Origin: an uncultured cyanobacterium | Lineage (GTDB): Bacteria; Cyanobacteriota; Cyanobacteriia; Cyanobacteriales; Nostocaceae | Direction: 5' to 3' | Assembly (NCBI GenBank): GCA_963740315.1 | Contig: CAVUDP010000004.1 | Coordinates: 64,001 to 128,000 of the forward strand | Length of the DNA stretch: 64,000 nucleotides | Shown: one piece after another, positions 1 through 9,614 of the stretch | Layout of the letters: the number at the start of each line of letters is the position of its first letter | Numbering within the stretch: position 1 is the stretch's first letter | Notes under the pieces: generated by a model | What the model was told of the DNA's origin: nothing | What the model saw: only the letters and a program-made list of their open reading frames with translations | Database searches by the model: none | Translations under genes and position numbers: made by a program

Positions 1-301
1 GAACAAAAGCACCGGGTCCCAAAATTGACCTATCTACGTGAGACTCAGCAGCAAAATGAGCGATCGCATCTATTTTTTCTGCTTCTAAAAGTTCTTTGAT
101 TGAAGAAGCATCACAAATATCTCCCTTCACAAACCGAAAATTATCTTTTTCTTTTAAAGAAGATAAATTAGCTTGATTACCCGCATAGGTAAGCGCATCT
201 AATACCACTATTCTATCTTTAGGGTAATTTTCGCACCAATGATGCACAAAATTAGAACCAATAAACCCCGCACCACCCGTCACCAACAACCTACGACTCA
301 T
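1..301 (-). CDS. rfbB: dTDP-glucose 4,6-dehydratase, 5' part (runs off the window)
   Basis: Not in the ORF track. Manual translation from ATG at 301: MSRRLLVTGGAGFIGSNFVHHW...VLDALTYAGN...GDICD...HFAAESHVDRSILGPGAFV, the classic RfbB/RmlB motifs. Confidence 0.95.
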   Translation of the reverse strand, partial: MSRRLLVTGGAGFIGSNFVHHWCENYPKDRIVVLDALTYAGNQANLSSLKEKDNFRFVKGDICDASSIKELLEAEKIDAIAHFAAESHVDRSILGPGAFV

Positions 302-370
302 TAAATTTACTCCTATGAGAGTTTCTTTTACGTTATATTACTTCATGAATTTTTTAATACGAATCTAAAT

Positions 371-402
371 GCAGGGAGACGTTGTAATACAACGTCTCTA
401 CA
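371..402. repeat. REP-like palindrome
   Basis: Perfect 11-bp arms GAGACGTTGTA-a-TACAACGTCTC (376-398), ending in CTAC (GTAG on the minus strand). Confidence 0.7.
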
Positions 403-433
403 TGATTGATATGTTGGCTATTCAGATAAAATA

Positions 434-1423
434 TTACGGTAATTTCTTTTTGATTTTATTAAATATTCTTTGTGTAGATAATTTTGCTAGACGCATTGTT
501 GTTAAGGGTTTAATGTTTGAGGGATGACTTTGTTTGTGGTCGAAAAACTCGTTTAATTCATCTAAAATAACCTGGAAACGTGGGATAATATGTTCGCGGC
601 GGTATTCTTGAAAAAAGCTTTCGGGTAAACTTAAAGCCGACCAATTTTGCAATACTTTAAGAATACGTTGGATATCATATTCTTTAGAATAGACAGCAAT
701 TTTATCGCAATTGAATCCGGGATCTAAATAATCGGAAAGTCCACCATTGAGGCTAGAAAAAACTCTACATCCGCAAGCAAAAGCTTCCATAGGCTGCAAC
801 CCAAATCCTTCAGTTACTCTTTGTTGCGCCCAGTATTCGGCGGAATCGTATATGTAAATCTTAGTTCGATTAAATAACGCTGCGATATCTTCTACATAAT
901 AGTCAACTAACTCTAATTTACATTTTTGCTGCAATGCTGGAACTAAATCCTGGATTAAATATTCCGAAGATTTCCGCGCTAAAACTAAAACATCAATATC
1001 TCGTTCAAGATTTTGATTGTTGAATTCATCGCTAATTTGATTGGGTAAATAATAAATTAAAGAGTGAGGTGATAATTGTCCCCAATAACCCAGGGTATTA
1101 CGACTAACGGTAATAATCGGAATACTAGCCGGAAGTTTAAAACCGTAACCAGCACTATGGGCATGATAAACAACATTATAAGACTTGAGACGGGGAGCGA
1201 GTTTTGCGACATCAAATCCCCAGCTAATTACAAATATGACATCATTTAAATTTTGAAGCAGTACATCATCCAAGAAAAGTTTGTCTTTTTCCCTTTGTCG
1301 ATAAGTCACTACCTCAGCATCGCATATTTGTTTGGCAAGGTTTACAGCTTTTAATTCCGCCCATAAACCACCACAAGCAAATTTACCATCTGTGCCAGGA
1401 AGTAAGAAATAAAGTTTTCGCAT
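434..1423 (-). CDS. GT-B (GT4-like) glycosyltransferase
   Basis: EGFGLQPMEAFACG matches the retaining GT-B ExFGxxxxE motif; adjacent to rfbB. Confidence 0.8.
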   Translation of the reverse strand: MRKLYFLLPGTDGKFACGGLWAELKAVNLAKQICDAEVVTYRQREKDKLFLDDVLLQNLNDVIFVISWGFDVAKLAPRLKSYNVVYHAHSAGYGFKLPASIPIITVSRNTLGYWGQLSPHSLIYYLPNQISDEFNNQNLERDIDVLVLARKSSEYLIQDLVPALQQKCKLELVDYYVEDIAALFNRTKIYIYDSAEYWAQQRVTEGFGLQPMEAFACGCRVFSSLNGGLSDYLDPGFNCDKIAVYSKEYDIQRILKVLQNWSALSLPESFFQEYRREHIIPRFQVILDELNEFFDHKQSHPSNIKPLTTMRLAKLSTQRIFNKIKKKLP

Positions 1424-1440
1424 TTCTTAAAAGCTCATCC

Positions 1441-1552
1441 GATTTTAGATTTTAGATTTTAGATTTTGGATTGTAAATCAGAATTTTGCAAGATATTTAA
1501 GGTACAGTTAGGCAATTAGGAATTAGGAATTAGGAATTAGCAGTTAGCAGTT
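1441..1552. repeat. STRR heptamer tandem repeats
   Basis: (GATTTTA)n at 1441-1472; (AATTAGG)n and (CAGTTAG)n at about 1514-1552. Confidence 0.85.
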
Positions 1553-1554
1553 TT

Positions 1555-1950
1555 CTAACCTTTAACCTTTAGAAACCGTACCCATAGCCATCCTAGAAAA
1601 CTACCTACGAAGTAGACGGGAAAATCTGCCCACACAAAGGTGTTTCCTAAAACAAGTCTGCCGGGTAAAGTTGAACGGGCTGCTTGTAAAAATGGCGGTT
1701 TCCATAGCTGTAGAAATTCTATCGCGCAAGTTGCAATACAAACTGCGATCGCGATACGCAACGGGGAAACTTTAGGTAAAAGCAAGGCAAATAACAATAT
1801 CCAAAATATCTCGTAGGCAACGCTTCCTAAAGCATCATGCAGCCATGCTGGATTTAATCCCTGAGAAAATCTGACTATATATCCCAAAGGAATAATAATT
1901 ATCGTACTTGCTAGCAGCGCTATGCGATATTTAGAAATAGGTAAGCTCAC
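1555..1950 (-). CDS. DUF2809-like small membrane protein
   Basis: Hydrophobic 131-aa protein with IEFLQLW...GRLVLGNTFxWxD motif. Confidence 0.75.
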   Translation of the reverse strand: MSLPISKYRIALLASTIIIIPLGYIVRFSQGLNPAWLHDALGSVAYEIFWILLFALLLPKVSPLRIAIAVCIATCAIEFLQLWKPPFLQAARSTLPGRLVLGNTFVWADFPVYFVGSFLGWLWVRFLKVKG

Positions 1951-2024
1951 TTTGCAGTAGTCTCGATAACGAAAATGAGTCTATTTTAAACACATCAAGC
2001 GCTCTAACAGTTATAAAAAACTAA

Positions 2025-2058
2025 AAAGCAGAGAATATGTTCCGAAATTCTCTGCTTT
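2025..2058. terminator. Probable intrinsic terminator hairpin
   Basis: 12-bp perfect stem AAAGCAGAGAAT/ATTCTCTGCTTT, 10-nt loop, downstream of the 2164-2736 gene. Confidence 0.6.
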
Positions 2059-2163
2059 AATATTTGTATGTTATTGAATCCATGCTTTCTCAGAGGAGAG
2101 ATTAAAACAAAATACTTGTATCAATCTTGGATTAATCACTCTTGATTTCATGCTTACAATGTC

Positions 2164-2736
2164 TTAGCTAGTCAAACCGCTAAATAAACCTTTTGCAGCT
2201 GCGATTCCATCTTCAACACCAGCCCAGATTCCGGTATCGGGTTCTTTACCTACTAATTCACGAGTTCCCAAAGCATAAATAATTGCCTTCATTTGCTCTT
2301 GATGAGCGCGATTTTGAAAATTAACTTTGTTGATAGGATCTATTGCTTCTTCCCAATCTTCTCCAGCAGTTTGAGCGCACTTGTGTACCAGCAAACCAGT
2401 CATGACTAACTGATGCTTCATGCCTTCATGCTGCAATGCTTTTTCGTAAAGGTCTAATTCGCTGCCACCCATCATTTTATCAATGGTTTGAGCGAAACTC
2501 TTAACTTTCTCTTGAGGTTCGGATGAAGTACCAAATTTGGTAATCGCTGCTTCGATAGTTCCCAAGCTTTCTTGGTCATCCTTAAGCATATCTTGCATAC
2601 GCTTTGTAATCTCTCCATCGCTGATAGCCGAGATTAATTTCTGTTCGCTAGCAATCATCTGGTTTTGCAGCACTTTCATGTCTGCCAATTTCATGGCGAT
2701 CGCCTTGCGTTGAGTATCAGTTAATGTCGTTGCCAT
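2164..2736 (-). CDS. Conserved cyanobacterial helical-bundle protein (ferritin/hemerythrin-like)
   Basis: All-helical 190-aa sequence with HExxKH and NRAHQEQ motifs; GAGG Shine-Dalgarno upstream. Confidence 0.55.
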   Translation of the reverse strand: MATTLTDTQRKAIAMKLADMKVLQNQMIASEQKLISAISDGEITKRMQDMLKDDQESLGTIEAAITKFGTSSEPQEKVKSFAQTIDKMMGGSELDLYEKALQHEGMKHQLVMTGLLVHKCAQTAGEDWEEAIDPINKVNFQNRAHQEQMKAIIYALGTRELVGKEPDTGIWAGVEDGIAAAKGLFSGLTS

Positions 2737-2862
2737 AACGAGGTTTCCTCTTAATTCATTTCCTTTCCTAGTGTCACCAAGAGTTGACTTAGCTTCATCT
2801 TTCGTGCGACTTAAAACACATCTTTAAAATGGTTATTTTTTTGTAGTCATGAATACCACTTG

Positions 2863-3062
2863 GGATAGGAGACAAGGAGAGGGGGAGATGGGAGAGAGGG
2901 GGGGATGGGGAGATGGGGAGATGGGAGGGATGGGGAGATGGGGAGATGGGGAGAGGGGGAGAGGGGGGAGAAATTATTCGCTTTAACCTTTAACCTTTAA
3001 CCTATAACCTTTAACCTTTAACCTTTAACCTATAACCTTTAACCTTTAACCTATAACCTTTA
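2863..3062. repeat. STRR tandem repeats
   Basis: GGGGAGAT-like units at 2863-2970, then about 11 copies of TTAACCT/ATAACCT at 2983-3062. Confidence 0.9.
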
Positions 3063-3071
3063 AGCAATTCC

Positions 3072-3716
3072 CTATTTCCAATTAACTTTTACAAAATAAG
3101 CTTTGCGTCCCATTGCATCATGCTTAAGGGTGATATTTTCAATTCCGAGGTTGAAAGGAATTGCGGTGGTAATATGGCGTTGAAAGAAAGCTCCTACATC
3201 TGGAGCAAGTTCGGTTGCGGTTGTTGTGGCTAAACTCAAACCAATTAATTGTTCGATCGGTCCTCGTGGTAATAATAAATGCATTCCTACAGCTAATCCT
3301 GCTGTCAATAACATGGCAACTGATGCATTTGTACCGCACCTTGGATGTACGGCTAAATTCCATTCTCCATCGATCAGCCGTTGTAGAGCAAGGTTTACAG
3401 CGCGTCGTAAATTACTGATGTTTACTTCACCATAAAGATAAAATCCTTCTTCAGTAGATAAACCACTGTACATCTGATTGTCAATTCCAATATTTTCACG
3501 GCTTATTTGAGTTGTTGGCGATCGCGATTCACTCAAAGTCCATACTGTAGCGTGTTCTAAAGCGTGAACCTGACGCACAATTAAAAGTTCTTTCAATCCA
3601 GGAACAAATGATAGCTGACTAAGTAAATCGGCATCTTGCGTGGGAGAGGGTGATATTAGATCCAAATTAAAAAAATCAAAGGATAGGTCACTACCTTTGG
3701 CAATTGAGGTATTCAT
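3072..3716 (-). CDS. DUF6391-like protein (probable Sll0296 homologue)
   Basis: RQVHALEHAT and LAVHPRCGTN motifs; lies downstream of pedR as sll0296 does in Synechocystis. Confidence 0.7.
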   Translation of the reverse strand: MNTSIAKGSDLSFDFFNLDLISPSPTQDADLLSQLSFVPGLKELLIVRQVHALEHATVWTLSESRSPTTQISRENIGIDNQMYSGLSTEEGFYLYGEVNISNLRRAVNLALQRLIDGEWNLAVHPRCGTNASVAMLLTAGLAVGMHLLLPRGPIEQLIGLSLATTTATELAPDVGAFFQRHITTAIPFNLGIENITLKHDAMGRKAYFVKVNWK

Positions 3717-4112
3717 GGCAATATCGCTCCCCCACCGGATTAGGCAACATTATATAAACACTCTCAATGTAACCTTTTATCAAAGAAATTATTGCTAATT
3801 TTTGTTGATTATTAAATTTAGATTAAATATATGAAAGTTTGGGAGCAACAAGTACGTCTTCCGTAACTGGCGATCGCAACTGGAAATACCTGAAATACAC
3901 TTCACAATTATGGCTATATGAAAGAGTTTTTAAGCAAACGTATTAGAAGCAAATAATAAATTGCTTTATTCATCTTTATTTTATTTTAATAATTTCCTTA
4001 ACTAGGGTATTAATAAATTATTCGTGACTAACATTATTTATTAGTATTGCCTGTTAAGAGTTGGCTATTCGCTATGCCTTATTTAATAATTTTTAATTTT
4101 CAAATAATAGGT

Positions 4113-4260
4113 AAAAATTGACCCGTCCGTTGCTAGTCGGACGGGGGTGATTGCTGCTATCCGTATGCGCGTAGACAAATAACCCTGCGATTGCGCGTTT
4201 TAGAGATGAGTTAAGCACCAAAAAGTGAAGCGTGAGGAGAAGAAATAGCAGCAATCAATC
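4113..4260 (-). ncRNA. Candidate structured RNA or 3' UTR element ending in an intrinsic terminator
   Basis: 13-bp perfect inverted repeat (4148-4160 with 4245-4257), then hairpin CCCGTCCG/CGGACGGG (4122-4145) and a U-tract on the minus strand. Confidence 0.4.
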
Positions 4261-4295
4261 AAAATTAACGAACAAAATAACTGTCACAGTGCTGT

Positions 4296-4559
4296 TTAAT
4301 CCTGCAAACGAGGAAGAGGACAGCAATTAACATCATTTAAACATACCTTACCCCAGTGCAAAGCCCAGCGGACAAGGGCAACTCGATTATCAGTCTGTGT
4401 TTTAGTGAGAATATTGCTGATATGGTTATCAACAGTACGCTTACTAATTTCTAGTTTTTCTGCAATTAGTTGGTTAGTTAAGCCAGTAGCCACTAAGTCG
4501 ATAATTTGCAGTTCTCTGTCTGAGAGACTAACAGGGGTCTGAGACTCGCCACCAGCCAT
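4296..4559 (-). CDS. pedR: Small redox-responsive LuxR-type regulator
   Basis: LuxR HTH (LSDRELQII...GLTNQLIAEKLEISKRTVDNHISNI) plus C-terminal cysteines VCLNDVNCCP; start placed at ATG 4559 after a GGAGG SD. Confidence 0.85.
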   Translation of the reverse strand: MAGGESQTPVSLSDRELQIIDLVATGLTNQLIAEKLEISKRTVDNHISNILTKTQTDNRVALVRWALHWGKVCLNDVNCCPLPRLQD

Positions 4560-4913
4560 TATAATTTCCATCCTCCCTTCTTTGTGGTACATGTACTTAA
4601 TTGCTCTTTCCCATTGTAGAAGATTGTATGGAAGGTAGGCGTTTCAACTGTTTAATGCAATACGATTGTCTATAATTTCTTTATCATTTAAGTAGATAGC
4701 TATACAGTATTTTATATGAGTATTTCTTTTAACTTTACCTAAAAAATAAAATTAGAGTTATCACCGAGGACAAATATAGAATGCAAGAGTAAGTGGAAAC
4801 AATTAAGAGTGAATGTTGGTGTTTATTTGTATGAACGATTGCTTTAGGAATGGCAAATATTAGTGTAGGTTTTATACAGAATTTCTTTTTAAAATTAAAA
4901 AAAGTCAAATTAA

Positions 4914-5885
4914 ATGAGCAATCCCCGTGTTTTATGTTTGGGTGAAATATTATATGATATGCTCGCCGACCAATTAGGGCGATCGCTCTCCGAAGTTGAG
5001 TCATGGACTTCTTATCCAGGGGGGGCACCAGCTAATGTTGCCTGTGCTTTAGTCAAACTAGGAACCCCATCAGGATTTATCGGCGCGGTAGGTGAAGATG
5101 AACCCGGAAATAATTTAGTAGAGCTTTTGCAACAAATTGGTGTAGACACAACCGGCGTACAGCGTCATTCCGAAGCACCTACCCGCCAAGTTTTAGTGAC
5201 GCGGAAACAAAATGGCGATCGCGTTTTTGCTGGATTCAAGGATTACGACACCGCCGAATTTGCCGATACTCGTCTCAAAGCTGCCCAAATACCAGAAAAA
5301 TTATTTGTAAATGCCGATTTTTTGGTCGTCGGAACTTTAGAATTAGCTTATCCCGAAAGTGGTGCAGCAGTTCACCGCGCTTTAGAATTAGCTTCTCAAT
5401 ACGACGTTAAAATTTTACTCGATGTCAACTGGCGCGATGTATTCTGGACTAATCCCGATGCTGCTCCCGACAAAATTCGCGAAATAATTAAAAAAATAGA
5501 TTTTCTCAAACTTGCTAAAGAAGAAGCTGAGTTACTATTTGATACTCACGATGCCGGGGCAATTACTTATAGACTCAACACTGTGGAAGGTGTATTAGTC
5601 ACGGATGGGGATAAAGGTTGTGCTTACTGTCTTGGTGAAAACGAAGATAAATTTCCTGCTTTTTCCGTTCCCGTAGTTGACACAACTGGTGCAGGAGATA
5701 GTTTTGTCGCTGGTTTTGTTCACCAACTGTTGCATTATGGCGTACAAAATCTCAGAGACGCGGAAGTAGTGAAAAAGATTATTGCTTATGCTAGTGCTGC
5801 GGGGGCTTTGACTACATTAAAACCCGGTGCGATCGCTTCTCAACCTACAGATAGTGAAGTGGAAAGTTTTCTCAAGGAGCATTGA
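4914..5885 (+). CDS. PfkB-family carbohydrate kinase (fructokinase-like)
   Basis: GGAPANVA, DVNWR and VDTTGAGDSF signatures. Confidence 0.92.
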   Translation: MSNPRVLCLGEILYDMLADQLGRSLSEVESWTSYPGGAPANVACALVKLGTPSGFIGAVGEDEPGNNLVELLQQIGVDTTGVQRHSEAPTRQVLVTRKQNGDRVFAGFKDYDTAEFADTRLKAAQIPEKLFVNADFLVVGTLELAYPESGAAVHRALELASQYDVKILLDVNWRDVFWTNPDAAPDKIREIIKKIDFLKLAKEEAELLFDTHDAGAITYRLNTVEGVLVTDGDKGCAYCLGENEDKFPAFSVPVVDTTGAGDSFVAGFVHQLLHYGVQNLRDAEVVKKIIAYASAAGALTTLKPGAIASQPTDSEVESFLKEH

Positions 5886-5905
5886 AATAAGTTTAGTTAA
5901 AGCTT

Positions 5906-5977
5906 GTAGGTTGGGTTAGACACGTTTAGGAATTTGTTGCATAGCGATCTCTATAATTATCGTGTCGTAACCCAACA
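5906..5977. repeat. REPIN-like inverted repeat
   Basis: GTAGGTTGGGTTAGACACG pairs imperfectly with CGTGTCGTAACCCAACA. Confidence 0.6.
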
Positions 5978-6028
5978 TCAATATTTTGGGTGATAATCTG
6001 AGGTTAGCAATCGGATTTTATACTGTAC

Positions 6029-6140
6029 CCGGCGCTTTGTTACCGCTGCTACACAAACGAAACCCGGATGGTGCGCGGGTTATAAATATTAGTCCACGCA
6101 GGTGGACTTCGCCTATGTAGCAGCGAATTATATTCGCCGG
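6029..6140. repeat. Multi-hairpin dispersed repeat
   Basis: GCTACACAAACGAA...AGTCCACGCAGGTGGACT...TGTAGC; related copy at about 33756-33864. Confidence 0.7.
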
Positions 6141-6167
6141 TTACGTTGTGTTCGAGAAGAATTCCCA

Positions 6168-6644
6168 TCACAATTGATCTACAATATTTTGCACAATAAC
6201 TTCAAGCGGCTGCGAAATATCTACTGTAACCGCGTCTAAAGGTTCTTCAAGGGTATCAAATTGAGTTTTTAGAAGTTTTTCGCTCATAAAGTGATTTAAC
6301 CGTTCTTTTAAGCGTTTATGAATTAATTCAAACGAACCTTTGAGATAAACTAACTTTACATCACGATCTATTAAAAGCATCTGACGATAACTTTCTTTCA
6401 AAGCCGAGCAGGTTAAGACTAAATTTTTCTTTTCTGACAAGCAATGTTTAATTACATCTTGGATTTTTTGCAGCCAAGGCAATCTATCTGCATCATCCAA
6501 AGCTATACCGTTGTGCATTTTCTCAACATTTTGCTGGGAGTGGAAATCGTCAGCATCCGCAAATTTATAACCTAGAGATTCTGCCAGTTTTTTACCGACG
6601 CTAGTTTTACCGGAACCAGATACGCCCATTACGAGGATAATCAT
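6168..6644 (-). CDS. gntK: Gluconokinase
   Basis: MGVSGSGKT P-loop, DADDFH, CSALKESYR and QFDTLEEP motifs. Confidence 0.92.
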   Translation of the reverse strand: MIILVMGVSGSGKTSVGKKLAESLGYKFADADDFHSQQNVEKMHNGIALDDADRLPWLQKIQDVIKHCLSEKKNLVLTCSALKESYRQMLLIDRDVKLVYLKGSFELIHKRLKERLNHFMSEKLLKTQFDTLEEPLDAVTVDISQPLEVIVQNIVDQL

Positions 6645-6853
6645 TTATCTTTATAAATTAATGTATTGCGTTCAACAATCTTAAATTATAGGATTTAGAG
6701 TCAAATTCATATTTTGTACCAATCTCAACAAGCTCAAAAAAACCGGGAATATGCCGATTACCTTCGGTAGAGCTTAGTCTAACGCACAACGAAAAAATCA
6801 TGTTTTCATGAAATTTCGGTGTCTGAGAAAGGCGATCGTTTGTACTGGAACGA

Positions 6854-8008
6854 CTATATAAGATTTCTTCTATATATATAAACAACTTTCCCGCACCATG
6901 TAGATTCTTTGATAAATTTCATGCCAATTTTTTCTAAAACTTTTATTGAAGCTTGATTTTCTGGTTCGACAATTCCCAAAACATAATCAAAATTAAACTT
7001 AGTAAAAGCATATTCTAAACAAGCTTTCGCGGCTTCAGTTGCTAAACCCTGTCCCCAAAATTCAGAATCAATTCTATAACCCAATTCGTTTTCTAACTTA
7101 CCTTCAATTTCTTCAACAGCAATCCCGCAATAACCTATTAAACGTCCGCTTTCGCGATGAATTACCGCCCATTTTCCATAATTATTCTTTTGATAAGAAT
7201 CGAGAAAGCTTTGAATTCTCACTGCTGTTTGTTTAGTAGATAATACACCAGTGGCTGAAAATTGCATTACTTCCGGTTTTACGAGAATTTGCGCTAATGC
7301 TTCAATATCTAAAATTTGAAACTCGCGAATAATTAAGCGTTCTGTTTGAGTAATTATTTTTTCATTCATACTTCCGTCAATATTATCAGATGTTGTTAAA
7401 CTGGGTATTTTCAACAACTTCGTCAACCACTGAGTTTTATAATTTAACCACAGAGTAAAAACCAGAAATAAATGTATTACAAGCGTTATTTGAGCATAAG
7501 GTTTTACCGAAAAATCGTATATTTTTACCCAATCTCCACGAAAGGCAGTGAATGAAAACAGCGGATAAGCCACCAACGAGTAAACAAGTTGTGCTTGAGC
7601 AAAAGTATAAAATAACTGTTTTAAAACTGTTTTTTTAACTAAAGGTATCGCTAAAATTGCCAAATAACCCAGAGCAATCGAAACTAAATTACCGCTAAAC
7701 GCAATCCACCAAGATTCTACAGGAAGGAAATTTCCCGCAGCGATAACATAACCCCAAACTACTCGCCATTGAAATTCCCGAACTTCGCCACCTACCTGCA
7801 AAGTAGCTAAAGCGTGTCCTAATTCGTGAAACAAGACTCCCAAAGGAATCAGAATAAATACTGCAACTCTTTCTAATAAAAATCTATCTTTGGCAGTTAC
7901 TTTATCATCCCAAAATGAACGCCAATTATTCGATAAACGTAAAATGGTGTCAATACTGATGATACCGTAAATAATCGCCATGAAATCGAATGATGAGTCA
8001 TTGAACAT
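6854..8008 (-). CDS. Membrane M50-like metallopeptidase domain fused to a RimJ/RimL-type GNAT acetyltransferase
   Basis: N-terminal half is hydrophobic with HELGH; C-terminal half has TERLIIR, ELGYRI..FWGQGLATEA and NQASIKVLEKIGM. Confidence 0.75.
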   Translation of the reverse strand: MFNDSSFDFMAIIYGIISIDTILRLSNNWRSFWDDKVTAKDRFLLERVAVFILIPLGVLFHELGHALATLQVGGEVREFQWRVVWGYVIAAGNFLPVESWWIAFSGNLVSIALGYLAILAIPLVKKTVLKQLFYTFAQAQLVYSLVAYPLFSFTAFRGDWVKIYDFSVKPYAQITLVIHLFLVFTLWLNYKTQWLTKLLKIPSLTTSDNIDGSMNEKIITQTERLIIREFQILDIEALAQILVKPEVMQFSATGVLSTKQTAVRIQSFLDSYQKNNYGKWAVIHRESGRLIGYCGIAVEEIEGKLENELGYRIDSEFWGQGLATEAAKACLEYAFTKFNFDYVLGIVEPENQASIKVLEKIGMKFIKESTWCGKVVYIYRRNLI

Positions 8009-8021
8009 GAATAACCTTAAA

Positions 8022-8405
8022 TCAAATTAGTTTGATTGGGTAAGCACGAATTGCTCGATCCGCTGTTGCGATCGCCAAATTATATTGTAAAGCCTGACAA
8101 ATAAGCATTCTATCAAAAGGATCGCGGTGTAAAGCTGGTATTTTAGCAAGTTGAATTACACTACTTTCATCTAGATTCAGATTAATAATTTGATGGTATT
8201 CGCGCTGTTTGGGAAGATAAATATCGGGAGGTTCTGGTAATGGTAATTTACCCAATTTATATTTAACAATACATTCCCAAATTTAAATAATACTTAAATA
8301 AACTTCATTGTCAGAATTAGAAATAGCATCTCTAATATCTGTTGCCAATCGATTATCACCACTGATAAACCATAAGAAAATATGCGTATCTAGAAGAATT
8401 TTCAT
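8022..8405 (-). pseudogene. vapC: PIN-domain (VapC) toxin with in-frame nonsense codon
   Basis: From ATG 8405: MKILLDTHIFLWFISGDNRL...VYLSII*IWECIVKY...HRDPFDRMLICQA; TAA at 8283-8285; start overlaps the antitoxin stop (ATGA). Confidence 0.88.
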
Positions 8406-8641
8406 TTGCCCTCAAATGCATCTAAAATATCATCTGGTAAAGGATCATCAAAATCATCAGGTACAGTAAATTCTCCTTTGCATAAACCAAATGGTCGTGG
8501 TGGCTTTTTATTCTTCGTAATTGGTTTAAGTTCGGCAATAGGCTTGTCTTCTTGCATAATAATAAAGCTTTCACCTGCTTCAACTTGATTTAGGTACTTT
8601 GAAGGGTTTTCTTGAATTTCTTGGATTGTGATTTGTTGCAT
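8402..8641 (-). CDS. Phd/YefM-family antitoxin
   Basis: LNQVEAGESFII...KPIAELKP...RPFGL.KGEFTVPDDFDDPLP; translationally coupled to the PIN gene. Confidence 0.88.
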   Translation of the reverse strand: MQQITIQEIQENPSKYLNQVEAGESFIIMQEDKPIAELKPITKNKKPPRPFGLCKGEFTVPDDFDDPLPDDILDAFEGK

Positions 8642-8729
8642 TTAATTAAGTTAGGATAATTGTATAATAACCACGTTTTATTTGATTGTAAATCATTAGT
8701 TAAGTTAACTGAATAATAACTAATATCAC

Positions 8730-9361
8730 TTAATACAAACCAAATCGCTGATCTTGTTCGATTAATGATTGCATTTCCTCAACGCTTTCTTTAAGATTTG
8801 CTGCATCTACCATTCTCAGCGCTAACGATGGTAAATCATCAATAGATTCCCAATGTTCGCTTTGCCATATTTTAGAGCGCAACATACATTTAGCGCAGTG
8901 AAAAAAGGCTTCTTTTATATTAACTACAAGCGCAAAATCTGGAATTTTATTATTAATAGCCATACTTTCCCGCAAAGGTGCATCTCTGACAATCATTGCA
9001 CTACCGCTGATTCGCAAAGTTTCACCTTTACCCGGTACGAGAAAGAATAAACCAACTTTAGGATTTTCTAGTATATTTTGAAATGTATCCGCTCGACGAT
9101 TTCCCGGTCTATCGGGTATAGCAATGGTGTTATCATCAAGTATTTGCACAAATCCCGGTGGATCTCGCCTTTCGGTGATATATCCATATTTCCCCGAGCA
9201 TCTGATGAAGCGATAAATACTAAGGGTGATTTAGCAATAAAGGCGCGACAATGTTTGTCTAACTTCGGTATTGCGATATCGGTGACTCGATGGCTGGGAT
9301 ATCCCATTACTTCCCGTAGTTGTTCAACGGTGGTGATGATTTCGGAGAATTGAGTTTTCAT
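8730..9361 (-). pseudogene. Pyridoxamine 5'-phosphate oxidase-like FMN-binding protein, frameshifted
   Basis: ORF 9068-9361 gives ...DISPKG; ORF 8730-9149 continues (DPPGFV)QILDDNTIAIPDRPGNRRADT...FFHCAK. An extra GA near 9163-9166 splits them. Confidence 0.85.
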
Positions 9362-9408
9362 GGGTGTTTTGAAGTGGAGTCATTGGCAATAATTTTTTAC
9401 AATCCTTA

Positions 9409-9465
9409 ACCCGCCAGGGAATGTAATTCCCTGTCTCATAGCTAAAGTCCTCTAAAGAGGACTAA
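9409..9465. repeat. Dispersed hairpin repeat
   Basis: CCGCCAGGGAA..TTCCCTGTCTCATAGC..AGTCCTCTAAAGAGGACT; related inverted copy at about 10318-10446. Confidence 0.6.
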
Positions 9466-9614
9466 ATAAAAAATAGTTTAAACAAAAGTCTTATGTATAA
9501 AGAACATATGTATAAAAAATCCTTATGAGTAAATAGTAAACTGCTTCATTGTCAGGGGAAAGCTTTATATAGGAACACAGTTCCTAGCAGTAGTCTGTCG
9601 TCGGAAGAAGCTAT

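Noticed and set aside
6658..6885. 75-aa ORF between gntK and the peptidase-GNAT gene
   Set aside because: No SD or recognisable motif, and it overlaps the upstream gene end; probably non-coding.
9501..9585. LexA box upstream of ssb (AGAACATATGTATA; AGGAACACAGTTCCT)
   Set aside because: The first has two mismatches to the cyanobacterial consensus and the second has the wrong spacing; too weak to call.
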